From NCBI RefSeq assembly GCF_009914755.1, contig NC_060925.1: a stretch of DNA of 64,000 nt; one strand, given 5' to 3'. Every line of letters starts with the position of its first letter. The stretch's first letter is position 1. This DNA is from the human T2T-CHM13v2.0 reference genome, Homo sapiens. A program made the translations under genes and the position numbers. Positions 1 through 13,372 of this stretch are shown in pieces. Under the pieces are notes generated by a model. It was not told the origin of the DNA and did not search any database. It saw nothing but the letters and a program-made list of their open reading frames with translations.

Positions 1-423
1 CGGAGAAGAGGAAAGAAAAAAGGTTTAAAAATCCCTGGGGACGAACCTCTTATTCTTATACAAGTGGTTCCTCCATCAGGGAGAAAAGTTTACTGCCTAA
101 TGAAGCTCAACCCCTTGGCTGGGGAAGGGGACGGCTGCTGTGGTGGTGCGTGGCTTGAAACAAGCCAGCCAGCTGTGTGAGACCCTTGGGCCATGCATCC
201 CAGCTTCTGCACAGAGGGGAGAGGGAGCAAGGAGCCCCCGCTGGCCCGTCCTTCCCCCAAAAGGAAGGACCTTTCTTCTGAACTCCGGAGCCCCCGGATT
301 TGGGGGGCATGTCTTGCCCACCTTCAGAAGTTCGAGGATTAAAATGCTTAGGAGCAACAGTGAGAGGTTTTGAGTCCCCATTTCACTCACCACTTCTCGA
401 GCCCCCAAATGGGGCACCAAAAC
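1..423 (-). mobile_element. ERV1 internal leader sequence adjoining the LTR, with PBS-like TGGTGCCCC... at ~402-419
   Basis: Lies directly 3' of the LTR on the - strand and begins with TGG, as retroviral primer-binding sites do. Confidence 0.6.
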
Positions 424-744
424 TTTTGCAGGACTCTTCCTTAGTTCAGTTAAAGATGGGGTTCTTTGTCCCATGGCCAGGAAAATTCAGGCTCACAGAC
501 AATTTGAATGGTGAGTGAGACAGGGTTTTATTGGGTGAAAAGGAAGAAAAGGGGGAAACAGGGAATCGCGTTACGCCGAATCCCTGCTAGACCGCTTGCG
601 TCGCAGCTTGAATCTTAGGTTCCACCCAGGAAGAAGAGGGGCCAGGCTCCTCTGCTGCAGACATCCTGAACTCTCCGAGGCCCCACTTCAGTGAGCAGGC
701 TGGTTGGAGTTTCTGCAGGAACCCCCTCCCATCTGGCCGTCTCA
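424..744 (-). mobile_element. ERV1 LTR, MER61-like (5' LTR of a provirus extending left out of the window)
   Basis: - strand starts TGAGACGGCCAGATGGGAGGGGGT...AGAAACTCCAACCAGCCTGC, has AATAAA at 527-532, and ends ...TCCTGCAAAA just before a TGG-initiated PBS-like sequence. Family assigned from recall. Confidence 0.7.
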
Positions 745-829
745 ATAATAATAATAACCATTGCCATTTGTGTCATGACATATGTTTACAAGGCACTTTC
801 CTCCATCAAGAAGAGATTCCAATTGAACC

Positions 830-1030
830 TGCATTTATTGAGTGTCTACCACATGCCAGGAATGTTCATCTGTGCTATTTTATCTTCCCAAATAGATAAG
901 ATGGTTGAGATGATTGTCTCATTAATATCTGAAGACACAGGCTAAGAGAAGTTAAGCAATTTGTCCAAAGACTCACAGCTGGGTAATGGTGGAGCCACGA
1001 CTCCAAACCCACCCCTGCCTCCTAGCATCC
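830..1030 (-). mobile_element. MIR
   Basis: CATTTATTGAGTGTCTACCACATGCCAGG and GAGAAGTTAAGCAATTTGTCCAAAGACTCACAGCT resemble the MIR core. Confidence 0.7.
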
Positions 1031-1850
1031 AGTCTCTTATGTCCCATGGGGCTTCTCAGTCAGGGACTCCTCCTCCTCTCCCTTCTTGAAAGACACCTTC
1101 TTGAATCCCTGACCAAAGATGCTTCCAGAAATGGTAGTTGAGGTTTCTTGGCCCCCTTTGAGGAGAGGATTAGGCGGCTCTTTCACCTGCTGCCTTAAGT
1201 ACCTGCTCTGGGCATGTGGATGGACCTGCTTGAGGTAATAGGGCGACAGCAAGAGTGGAAACCACGCACATTCACTGAGCCATGGGGCCTGGATATTCCT
1301 TCATGCCCATGATCAAGAACCAGAAGGAGGGACAAGAGGAGATAGACTGTCTCCACGTACGCATAGCTGGGGAGCTAGGACAGAAGTGCCACCCCCAGCG
1401 CAGCCCTCATGTTTCCTCACTGCCTGCTAGAGAAACACAGAGCTGAAAGTGTCAGTTCAGCCACCGCAGTGTCACTCAACCAAAGCAATGGTGAGCCTTT
1501 GCCCAGGAAGCAGCAGGCTGGGCTGCTCTTTGAGCAGGGTAGGCACGTTCCCTGCATGGGGCTCCCCTCCCCAGGCCCCAGCCCCCACCCCCAGCCAGCA
1601 GGCAAACCCTGAGGTGCTGGGATGAAAAACTGCCCAGGAGAGGTTTGCTGTCAGCTGGGTCATGCAGACCTTCTCACATAGTGGCTGCTAGGAGCTGAAT
1701 TATGCCCCCTCCTAATTGTTGAAGTCCTAATTCCCAGGACAGAATGTGGCTGTGGTTAGAGACAGGCTCTCTAAAGAGATAATTAAGTTAAAATAAGGTC
1801 ATTAGGATGGCCCTAATCCAGCATGACTGGTCCGTATAGGAAGAGATGAT

Positions 1851-1950
1851 ACTTGGGAGGCTGAGGTGGGAGGATCACTTGAGTCCAGGAGTTTGAGTCC
1901 TGCCTGGGCAACATAGTGAGACCCTGTTTCTGAAAAAAAAAGAAAGAAAG
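1851..1950 (+). mobile_element. Truncated Alu monomer (FLAM-like)
   Basis: TTGGGAGGCTGAGGTGGGAGGATCACTTGAG...GCAACATAGTGAGACCCTG followed by an A tail. Confidence 0.8.
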
Positions 1951-1993
1951 AAGAGATTCGGACACACATACACAGCACACAGATAAAAGACCA

Positions 1994-2377
<384 letters not shown>

Positions 2378-3835
2378 TCAGAAGGAACTGACTCTGCCTA
2401 CAACTTGATCTCGGACTTTTGTCCTCCAGAGCTGTGACAAAATAAACTTCTGTTGTTTAAGCCACCCACCCTGTGATTCTGTGTTGTGGCAGCCCTAGCT
2501 AACTAACACAATGATGTGACACAGGGATTGCTGAGATATTCACTTGGCAGGCAGCAGGAGGAGAGGGGGATCCCCAAAGCAAGGTAAGACACAGCATGGC
2601 AAGTCACCTGAGTGTGGTGGCGCTTTCATGGCTCAGGGCGACAGCATCTCCTGTGCCCTGGGTTGCCTCAGATACTTCTAAGGCCCACTTGCTTCCTGGT
2701 TGTTGGGAGGCATGGCTGTGCAGCTGCTCCTGGGACCCTCACCCCCGCCAGTATCCTTGGGATAACCTGGAGACCTGAGTGGCCAGGGGAGGCATTGTCC
2801 TCACTGGAACGTGACTGGCTTGTGAATAGCCCCTTGGGCTGGTGCCTCCTGTGCCTGCTGGACCTGGAGTTCAGGGCCCCCAAAAGGGACTCAGTCTGGA
2901 AGAGTTCTCAGAGGAGGAGGAGGAGGCCTATCTGTGCCCAGAGCAGGAGCCTACAGCTGTCTCGCAGTCAGAGGGGTGGATATTTATATTTTCATCAAAA
3001 ATAGCTATGCTAAAAACAAAAAACAAAAAAACTCTAGAAAGCAAAGAAACTTCTCAAACTAAGAATGCCATTAATAGAGGAAATAAGCACTTTCAAACTC
3101 CCAGAAGCTACCCCATCTTCTGAGGTTCCAAACCAGGAGGGGAGCCCCGGAAGTCAGGGGACAGAGGATCCACCTCTGCTGTTGGCCTCTGGGAAAACCT
3201 GAAACCCATCCAGAATCCTTTGAAAAAGCCGAGGTGGTGATGTATGGAATTTATTACAAAGAAATCCATGTTGTTGCTTTGAGCACCCGGTCCTCCAGCA
3301 TGACGGTGTCCCCACAGTCTGCATCTGCTGTCCCCTGAGTGGGATACAGCCCTTCACACTTCCCCACCAAAACCTTGCCCGGCTTCCAGGTCCAGCCCGA
3401 GAACCATGTCCACCGGTGTGAGACAAGGCTGGTCTCTGCCCTCCACCCTGTAATCCAAGAGCCAGTTCCTCCCTCATGAGCCCCATGGGATTCTTGGGGA
3501 GGCTGCCGGTCCCAGAGCCCACCCCTCCCTGAGCAAAGGTGGGCCTGTGGCCCCAGCCAGACCAATAGCATGTCCTTCTCCGTGGGCTAATATGGAATGA
3601 TCGGGGTCTTCAATGAGATCTTTCTAACTGGTATTATGGGAAAACGATTTTTCCTCCTGAAGCTACCCATAACCAAGGTTCCCACCTCATACAGCAAGAG
3701 GCCAGCATGCAGAGGAGAGCAGAGATGAGAGATGGAGGGAGAATGTCTCATGCCGTCATCCCCAAGGCCAGTGCTAGCCCTGTTTCACCCAGAGTTTAAT
3801 CGCATGAGCTACCTGCTCCTCCCTCCACAATTTTG

Positions 3836-5370
3836 AAAACTGACATCTGAAGAAGATTGAGTCTCCTCATTCATGACCATAATTTATCATCCCATATATT
3901 TAGCCCCCCTTTGATTTCTTTCATAAACATATTATAGTTTTCAGCATACAGATTCTACACATATTTTGTTAGACATATACCTAAGTATTTTATGGTTTGG
4001 GGTGCTATTTATTACACATAATATTGTCTTGAAAATATCAATATCCATTTGCTCATTGCTGGTATATAGAAATATGATTGATTTTTGTGTATTTACCTTG
4101 TATCCTGCAACCTTGCAAAGCTCGCTTGTTTTAGTTGCTTTTTTTTTTGTACAATTCTTTTGGATTTTCTAAGTCGACCATAATGCCATCTAAAAATAGA
4201 GAAAATTTTACTTTTTCCTTTGCAATATGTATTTTTCATAAAAAGTTATTTTTCTTGTCTTATTTCAGTGGATAGAACTTCCAGTACAATGTTGAATAGG
4301 AGTGGTGAGGGGAAATACATTTTCCTTGTTCAGATTAGGAGGAAAAGAGTTAATCTTTCACCATTAAGTATAATGGCAAATCCAAGTATTCTTGCTTTTG
4401 TTTTTTGTAGAAACTCTTAGCACATTAAGGAATGTCCTTCTATCCCTAGTTTATTGGCATTATTACCATGAATGTTGCTTTTTTTTTTTTTGAGACAGAG
4501 TTTTGCTCTGTCACCCAGGCTGGAGTGCAGTGACACTATCTCGGCTCACTGCAAGCTCCGCCTCCCAGGTTCACACCATTCTCGTCTCAGCCTCCGGCTA
4601 GCTGGGATTACAGACGCACGCCACCATGCCCAGCTAATTTTTTTTGTATTTTTAGTAGAGACGGGGTTTCACCGCGTTAGCCAGGACGGTCTGGATCTCC
4701 TGACCTCGTGATCCGCCCACCTCGGCCTCCCAAAGTGCTGGGATTACAGGCATGAGCCACTATGCCCAGCCGCATTTTTTAAAACACATTTTCTGCATTT
4801 ATTAATATCATGTGTATATTTTAAACTGTTGATATGATGAATTACACTGATTAATTTTCAATCTGGAACCAGTTTTATATTCCTAGGATAAACTCCATGT
4901 GGTCATAAGTTATTACCCTTATTACATATTGCTGGATGTGATTTGCTAATATTTTGTTAAAATTTTTTATTTCTATGTTCATGAAAGATACTGGTCTGTC
5001 ATTTTCTTATAATGCGTTTGTCTGGTTTTGGTATTAGGATAGTGCTGACCTCATAAAATGGATTGGAAAGTGTTTCCCGCCTTCTACTTTCTGGAAAAAT
5101 TGGTATAGAATTATATAGAGAATTATAGTATTTTTTCCTTCAATGATTAGTAGAATTTATCAGTGAAGTCATCTGGCCCTGGTGTTTTTTCTGTGGAAAG
5201 ATTTTTGACATAACTTCATTTTCTTTAATAAATACAGAACTATTCAATTCATGGATTTCTTCTTGAGTGAGTTTTGGTAGTTTGTGTCTTTGTCCATTTT
5301 ATCTGAATTGTTAAATTTGTGAGCATAAAGTTGTGTCTAATATATCTTTATCATTCTTTTTAGGGCTGCA
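3836..5370 (-). mobile_element. Old L1 (L1M) ORF2 fragment, interrupted by an AluY
   Basis: AT-rich antisense L1 ORF2 motifs: GAACTTCCAGTACAATGTTGAATAGGAGTGGTGAG and TTTGCTAATATTTTGTT. Confidence 0.8.
4479..4771 (-). mobile_element. AluY-type Alu
   Basis: Diagnostic GCAAGCTCCGCCTCC and TTAGCCAGGA..GGTCT.GATCTCCTGACCTCGTGATCCG. Confidence 0.9.
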
Positions 5371-5374
5371 CTGT

Positions 5375-6445
5375 TATTCTTATTGATAGTCACCATAATC
5401 AATTTTAGAACATTTCACCACCCTAAAAAGAAACCCCATACCAATTAGCAGTTACTCCTCATTTCTTCATAACCCCCCAGGCCTAGGCAACCACTAATCA
5501 GCCTTCTGCCTCTATGGATTTGCTTATTCTGGACATTTAATACAAATGGAATCATACAACATGTGGTCTGTTGTGTCTGGCTTCTTTCACTAGTGTAATG
5601 AGTTCTAAGTTCATCCATATTGTAGGATGTATCAACATTTCATTTCTTATAATTCCCAGATAATATTCAATTGTATGCATATACCAGCTATATCTACCCA
5701 TTCATTAATTGTTAGATATTTGGGTTGTTTTCACTTTTTGGCTATTATGAATAATGCTGCTAGGAACATTTGTATACAAGTTTTTGTCTGAACATCTATT
5801 TTCATTTCTCTTGGGTATATATCTAATAGTAGAATTGCAAGATCTTATGGTAATTCTGTGTTTAACCTATTCAGGAACTGCAAGACTGTTTTCCAAAGTG
5901 ACTGCACCATTTTATATTCCCATCAGCAGTGTATAAAGTTCCAAGTTCTCCACATCCTGGCCAACACATTGAATTTTCTTGGCACCCTTGTCAAAAATCA
6001 ATTGAACATAAATGTGAGGAATTATTTTTGGATCCTCAATTCTATCCCATAAGGATATACATTGGTCTATATGTATATCCTTATGCCAGTACCACTTGAT
6101 TACTGTAGCTTTGTAGTAAGTTTTGAACCAGGAAATGTAAGTCCTCCAACTTTCTTCTCTTTTCAAGATTGTCTTGGCCATTCTGGGTCTTTTTGTTTCC
6201 ATGTGAATTTTAAAAACAGTTTGTCAATTTCTGCAGTGAAGCCATCTGGGATTTTGATAGAGAATATATCAGACTTGTAAGTCAATTTGACATATATTGC
6301 CATTTTCTAACAATATTATGTCTTCCAATCCATGAACATGGGATATCTTTTCATTATTTAGGTCTTCTTTACTTTCTTTCAATAATGTTGTATAGTTTTC
6401 AAAGGTAAGTTTTGCACTTCTTTTGTTATATTTAGTTCTAACTAA
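5375..6445 (-). mobile_element. Second old L1 (L1MB-like 3' end plus ORF2 remnant)
   Basis: TAGGCAACCACTAATC..TTCTGCCTCTATGGATTTGC (L1MB 3' UTR-like). ORF 5912-6202 (KRPRMAKTILK...YYKATVIKWYWHKD) is L1 ORF2-like. It covers the same consensus segment as the fragment starting at 3836, so it is a separate copy. Confidence 0.8.
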
Positions 6446-6801
6446 CAGCCTCATTTAAAGAATAATTAATGCCATTTTATCACAAATTCTTCCTACAAAT
6501 ACAAAAGGAAGAAACACTTGCCTCCTGCAAGAAAGAACTGGCCTCTGCTGTCCTTGGGCCCATAATGGTCTATCCAAGTCAGAGGGTCCACCCAGCACCC
6601 TCTGCAGAGTGACCACTCATCCAGACCACAGGACCCTTGGCTCACTCTCATCTTTGCTCCTGTTCTTTCCTTCTGGAGTTTTCTCATAGACCTGAGCAGG
6701 GCTGGAGACTCCTCAGCTCCCAAGTGGACCTGAGCACCACTCTGCCTGCTCTATTGCTCTATCCCAGCCACACAGAGGACATCAGTGGGGCTGATAACCC
6801 C

Positions 6802-6989
6802 CACTCCAGTTGGTAACCTGCACTCTCCAGTTGGTAACCTGCACTCCAGTTGGTAACCTGCACTCCAGTTGGTAACCTGCACTCCAGTTGGTAACCTGCA
6901 CTCCAGTTGGTAACCTGCACTCTCCAGTTGGTAACCTGCACTCCAGTTGGTAACCTGCACTCCAGTTGGTAACCTGCACTCCAGTTGGT
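6802..6989. repeat. Minisatellite, unit CACTCCAGTTGGTAACCTG (19 bp; 21-bp variant in units 2 and 7), ~9.7 copies
   Basis: Units read directly with lengths 19,21,19,19,19,19,21,19,19 and a 13-bp partial; no substitutions between units. Confidence 0.97.
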
Positions 6990-7000
6990 GGCAGCCCAAC

Positions 7001-7063
7001 TGATCTGCCCGCCTCGGCCTCCCAAAGTGCTGGGATTACAGGCGTGAGCCACCATGCCCAGCC
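7001..7063 (-). mobile_element. Alu 5'-end fragment (~63 bp)
   Basis: TGATCTGCCCGCCTCGGCCTCCCAAAGTGCTGGGATTACAGGCGTGAGCCACC. Confidence 0.9.
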
Positions 7064-7070
7064 CATCTTA

Positions 7071-7645
<575 letters not shown>

Positions 7646-8095
7646 CGTTACTCCTTCTGAGCAGAACTTTGTTTGAAAGAGGAAAACATACCATTGATAT
7701 ACAGTGGTTTACTATGCATCTTTGGCTATAGCCTGTGATAAATTGTGTCTCACTACTATTTATCTTACTCTATTAATTTTTTTCATAAAGGCAGTACCTA
7801 GAGTTTTGGTACAAAACTAAAAGTAACAGAAGGACCCAGTTTTGTGGGAGGAACTCCACCTCCTTCCTCCCCAATCTACCGATGGGTCTCCTTTCCAGAT
7901 ACAAGGGTCCTTACTAGAGAATTCCTTGCCATCACAAACTGTTACCAACCTAGCTTTTTTCCAGTTAACAGTACAACCTGGGGAGTGCTCCTTCTCAGTG
8001 CTGATAGCTGCTTCATTCATGTAAGAGCTGCACAAGGTGTAGGTATGTATTTAACCAGCCCCCACAATGACACAGAGGTCATCTTCAATCTTTTA

Positions 8096-8622
<527 letters not shown>

Positions 8623-9155
8623 TTATTTCATGAGTTTTAGCATTTACAAATAGTTAGATTTGTTTTTTTATAAACAGATTCTACTAAGAATTTGTGAGCT
8701 CCATAAACAGCAAGTTACTGCCCCTGCCCAAGCCCAGGTGCTGTTCTAATCCTGACAAGGGCACTGTCATGGATCCTGGGTGGTGGGGGATGGGGGTGGT
8801 CCCAAGGTCTCACCTGCTCACTGGGGTGCATGGGCTGTGGTAGGCCCTCTAAGTTCTATTTTTCCATTCCTTCAACTAACAGGTTCCAAGTTGCCACTAT
8901 GTACCAGGCCCCGGGCTGCAGCTGGGGATGCCAGGATGATGACAATTCACAGTGTGGAATAAGTGCCAAAAAAGAAGGGCTCGGGGACACGGAAGGGGAG
9001 CCCATCTCTGTCAGGAGGATTCCGGATGATTTAGTCACAAAACAGTGACTAGAACAAAATCCTTACGCATGTACATACTTCTGATTATGAAAGCCAATTA
9101 TGCTTGTTGGGAAATTTTTAAGTAAGCAAAAAACTGTAAGGTAGAAAAGAAAAAC

Positions 9156-9479
<324 letters not shown>

Positions 9480-9489
9480 TTAATTCTGA

Positions 9490-10400
9490 AACTTCAGGAC
9501 TCACTGGCACATCCACTTCTCAATTCTGCATTTCTCACTGAGTGCGGCAGTGTGTGTCTGCCTGCCTGCTGCGCCCCAGCAATCCTCTGATGCTATCCCC
9601 ATGACTCCTGCCCAGGTCTGGTTCCTGAACTCCAGGCCCACGTGTCCAGTTGGCCTCAGATGTGGATGTCCCACAGCCACCTGTAACTAGATGTGTCTCA
9701 ACTAAACTCATTCCCTGCTCCCCTGCCCTCCAGTCCTGCCTGTCCTCCCATGCTCCCAGCTCAGGGTGGGCCATCCCCATGCTTCTGGCCTACCAGCCAG
9801 TCATTCTCGGGACACCCAGGCCCACGATGTTACAGCCACAGTGGAAGGGCATCCATGCAACCTCATCGTCATCTCTCCTGCTCATGGCCTTGACCTCACT
9901 TCAGGACCCCATCATCTCTCCTCTGCTTCACCTGACCTCCTCCTAATGAATCTCCTCGCATTGTCTTCCCTTCTTTAAGCCACAGGCAGCCAGAGTGACC
10001 CCATCACATGCAAATGTGATCTCATCATGCCCCACCTTGACAGCCTCCAAGGACACCTGCTTGTCACTGCAGGAAAGTCCATGCGCCTCACCCTGGCTCC
10101 CCAGGTCGTGATCCAGCCCTGACCCCTTCACCAGCTCCACAAGGGTCCTCTGCTCCCACTGCCTGGAGTGACTCCAGATGAAGCATGCTCTGGAGGTGCC
10201 TCTGTGACCTTCATGTTCTGCTCCATCCTCCAATCTCCTGGTGCCACGTCCTCTGCAAAGCCTCCCTTCAGTGACCTTCTTGTCCCTCTCCTGGGTCAGG
10301 CCTCCTCTGTACTCCGTGGAGCCCCATGTTTGCCCCACCACGGCCCTCTTCACACTGCATGCCATGTGCCTGCGAACCCGACCACTGCCACGCCATGCCC
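9490..10400. mobile_element. Degenerate L2 fragments
   Basis: L2-like motifs such as GGATGTCCCACAGCCACC...AACTAAACTC and CAGCCAGAGTGACC...CAAATGTGATC; boundaries approximate. Confidence 0.55.
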
Positions 10401-10409
10401 TATATCTGG

Positions 10410-10600
10410 GTTCTAATCCTGGCTCTGGCATTCACTAGCTGTGCAAACTTGGTCAAATTATTCAATCTCTCTGAGCATGTTTCCTAATTTATACATGTAT
10501 TTATGATAACACTAATAGCACCCCCCTCAACTGGGGGTGCTAGTAGTGTACAGATGAAATAAAGTAACCGGTGTACAGTGTGCACCACCCTGCCCAGCAC
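10410..10600 (+). mobile_element. MIR
   Basis: GGTTCTAATCCTGGCTCTG..TTCACTAGCTGTG..CTTGGTCAAATTATTCAATCTCTCTGAGC. Confidence 0.75.
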
Positions 10601-11164
10601 ACAGGAAGCCCTCCCTAACCTTTGGTTTTGGCGATTCCTTCATCATTGCCATGGTCACTGCCTTTCTGCCAGGGCAAAGATGTAGCCAGGCTGGGAGAAG
10701 CCATGAAAGAAAGGGAGCTTTCTCTTCTCCAGGGCATTCCTGGGGGTACAGGATTGGACGTCGCTGAGCTCCTGACCCGTCTTCCTTTTCTTCGGGCACC
10801 TTGTAATGCACCCGACCGTCCAGAAGGGGGCAGCCTCTGCAGGCGGCGCCAGGCTATTTCAGACGCCTCTGTAGGCGGCCCTCTTGATCTCACTCCAGCA
10901 CGTGTTCTCAGAAAGCATGACTAAAATTGGGCATTTTTTTTTCCATTGAAATAAAAACAGGGCTGCTGTCGACAGCAAACTGGCTCTGTAAGATACTGTT
11001 TGTCCATAATTTGCAGAAGCTATTTTTAAAATAACCCAAACACATGTTGCCACATTGAAAGCCACAGAAATTAGCATTGCACTTTTTCCCCCCAAAACTG
11101 CTTTACTCATTCACAAGTTTGAAAAGGTACAGGTTGGAAGTTAGAAACCGTCCAGGATGTTAGT

Positions 11165-11517
11165 TAGCAACAGATGCACCGTTATCGACCCCAAATTCAA
11201 ATGTTGAAGCCCTAACCCTTCATGTGTATTTGGAGATAGGGCATGTGAGGAGATGGTAAGGGTTGAATGGGTCATAAAGGTGAGGCCCTAACCCAATAGG
11301 GCTAGTTGCCTTATAAGCAGAGGAGTGTGCTCTCTGCAGTGTGAGGACGTAGTGAGAAGGTGGCTGTCTGCAAGCCAGGAAGAGAGCCCTCCTTAGAAAC
11401 TGAACTAGCCTGGCCTTGATCTTGGACTTTCCACCCTCCAGACCTGTGAGAAAATACATTTCAGTTAAGCCATGCAGTGTGTGCTGTGTTTTTATGGCAG
11501 TCCAAACAGACTGAGAC
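11165..11517 (+). mobile_element. MLT1A-like MaLR solo LTR
   Basis: CCCCAAATTCAAATGTTGAAGCCCTAACCC...GTATTTGGAGATAGGGC...CTGCAAGCCAGGAAGAGAGCCCTC...GACTGAGACA. Confidence 0.8.
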
Positions 11518-12000
11518 AGGTGTCTGATGGCACTTTGACCCTCTCTTGTATTATTGTTGTCATTATTACATCAACTCGTTATTTTCTTGTTTAAAAAAAA
11601 CCCTGCAAGCCCTCATGTCTTGCTAAAGCATGAAATCCATCTTCTCACTCCTGGTTTGCCATTCCCTTTCTCACTTGCTTGTTGAATTTGTCATCTCAGG
11701 CCCATGCATGGCACTTGAAATGCCAGGAGCGGGCCACAGCTGTTGCAGTAAAACAGCAAGAAAAATGACTTGTCCACTGTTTCGAGGTGTTTGTGGGAAC
11801 TAGGATAATATTCCGTGTTTCTGTGGGAGGGCATGGGAGCCAGCCTGTGAGCTAAAGAGTAAACTTGGTTCTGCACAGTCAGTCTGCTGTGAGGAGAGAG
11901 GACTGGGGTGTGGGGGGTGCCTAGGTTGTGCTCCCCTGAAGGGTTTCAGAGAGCCCAGAACAAAAACAGTGCCTCCTTAGAGAGACCCAGGGTCCCCACC

Positions 12001-12370
12001 TGCATTAGTCCATTTTCACACTGCTATAAAGAACTACCTAAGACTGGGTAATTTATGAAGAAAAAAAAGGTTTCATTGACTCACAGTTCTGCATGGTTGG
12101 GGAAGTCTCAGGAAACTTACAATCATGGCAGAAGGCAAAGAGGAAGCAAGGCACGTCTTACGTGGTGGCAGGAGAGAGTGAGCGAGGCGGGGAAATGCCA
12201 AACACTTTTAAAACATCAGATCTTGTGGGAACTCACTTATATCATGAGAACAGCAGGGGGGAAACCACCTCTATGATCCAATCACCTCCCACCAGGTCCC
12301 TCCCTCGACATGTGGTGATTACAATTCAAGATGAGATTTGAGTGGGGGGACACAGAGCCAAACCATATCC
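12001..12370 (-). mobile_element. THE1D/MSTA-type MaLR solo LTR with 5-bp TSD
   Basis: TGCATTAGTCCATTTTCACACTGCTATAAAG...GCCAAACCATATC; CCACC on both sides (11996-12000, 12371-12375). Confidence 0.9.
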
Positions 12371-12619
12371 CCACCCCACCCCAACTCCCCCAGTCCTGCT
12401 GGAGAGCAAGACCTGCCAGTTGATCTTGGGGGCTAGAGCCAAGGGTTGCTGCAACTCAGCTGTCCATACTCCACAGGGCCTGGCCAGGTCCCCAAACCAG
12501 GACTCAGCTTGACAACGGCTGTCTCAGTAGTCCCAGAATAGTGCTGGTGCCGGGGCAAACCCCGCTGCTGTGGAGACCTCCTGGACTGCTCAGGAATAGG
12601 GCGCAGAGTCAGGGAAAGG

Positions 12620-12820
12620 TTTTGAACCTTGTTTCAAAGCCTGCATCTGTTGCCTACCAGCTGTGTGATCTTAGATGAGTTACTCACCCTCTCTGTGCCT
12701 CTGCTTTCTTACCTACAAAGTGGGGTCGACGAAGCTGATCATAGACTTTTTTATAAAGATTAAGCTACTTAGCTTTAATCACCTGGTATGGTGCCTGGCA
12801 CAAAGCAATCTTTAATTGCT
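12620..12820 (+). mobile_element. MIR
   Basis: CCAGCTGTGTGATCTTAGATGAGTTACTCACCCTCTCTGTGCCTC...GTGCCTGGCACA. Confidence 0.7.
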
Positions 12821-12842
12821 ACTGGTTGCCATTATTCTCAGG

Positions 12843-13005
12843 CAGGAGTTGGCAAACTTTCTCTGTATAGGGCCAGATGGTAAATATTTTAGGCTTTGCA
12901 GCCGCGCGGTCTCCGTGACAACTACACAATTCAACTCTGCTATTATAGTACTAAAGCAGTTACAGACCAAACATAAATTAATGGCATGGCTGTTTCCAAT
13001 AGACT
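12843..13005. mobile_element. MER58A-like hAT-Charlie MITE (partial)
   Basis: CAGGAGTTGGCAAACTTT.TCTGTA.AGGGCCAGAT.GTAAATATTTTAGGCTTTGC matches the MER58A end as recalled. Confidence 0.75.
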
Positions 13006-13239
13006 ATTTAGGAAATCAGGTGGGCCATATTTCTAAGGTGACGCCTGTTCAGAAGCTGGGCGGTTAAGGGAGTGGAAAAGAGGGGGCCAGGGGCCAGGCA
13101 GGTCTCTGACGCACAGAAATGTCACACACTAGAGGCAGCAGGCGAAGGGGCCACTCGTCCATGATGTCTTACTGGGCAGGGTTATTACAAGCCTGGGCCC
13201 ATACACCATCTGGGCATTTACCAATGGACTTTGGAGGCT

Positions 13240-13372
13240 GGGGGGTGTCCGTGGGTCCCTAAATTTGTACATAGAATCATTTGTGTACATGCATATGAGT
13301 TGTTCTGGAGAGATTTACAGCTTCCTCTAAATTATCTAAGGTATATGTGACCCAAAAGGTGAAGAACTACCA
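13240..13372. mobile_element. Probable old hAT-Charlie fragment (MER103-like)
   Basis: ...TGTGACCCAAAAGGTGAAGAACTAC resembles a hAT-Charlie terminus; family uncertain. Confidence 0.4.

Noticed and set aside
580-612. p53 response element in the MER61-like LTR
   Set aside because: Some MER61 subfamilies carry p53 sites, but the CWWG cores here lack RRR/YYY flanks.
5912-6202. L1 ORF2-like peptide as an active element
   Set aside because: Short, degenerate, truncated fragment of an old L1.
6802-6989. CRISPR-like array, and the repetitive ORFs (6751-7078) over it
   Set aside because: Units are contiguous with no unique spacers, there are no cas genes, and the context is eukaryotic. The ORFs are translations of the tandem repeat and the Alu stub.
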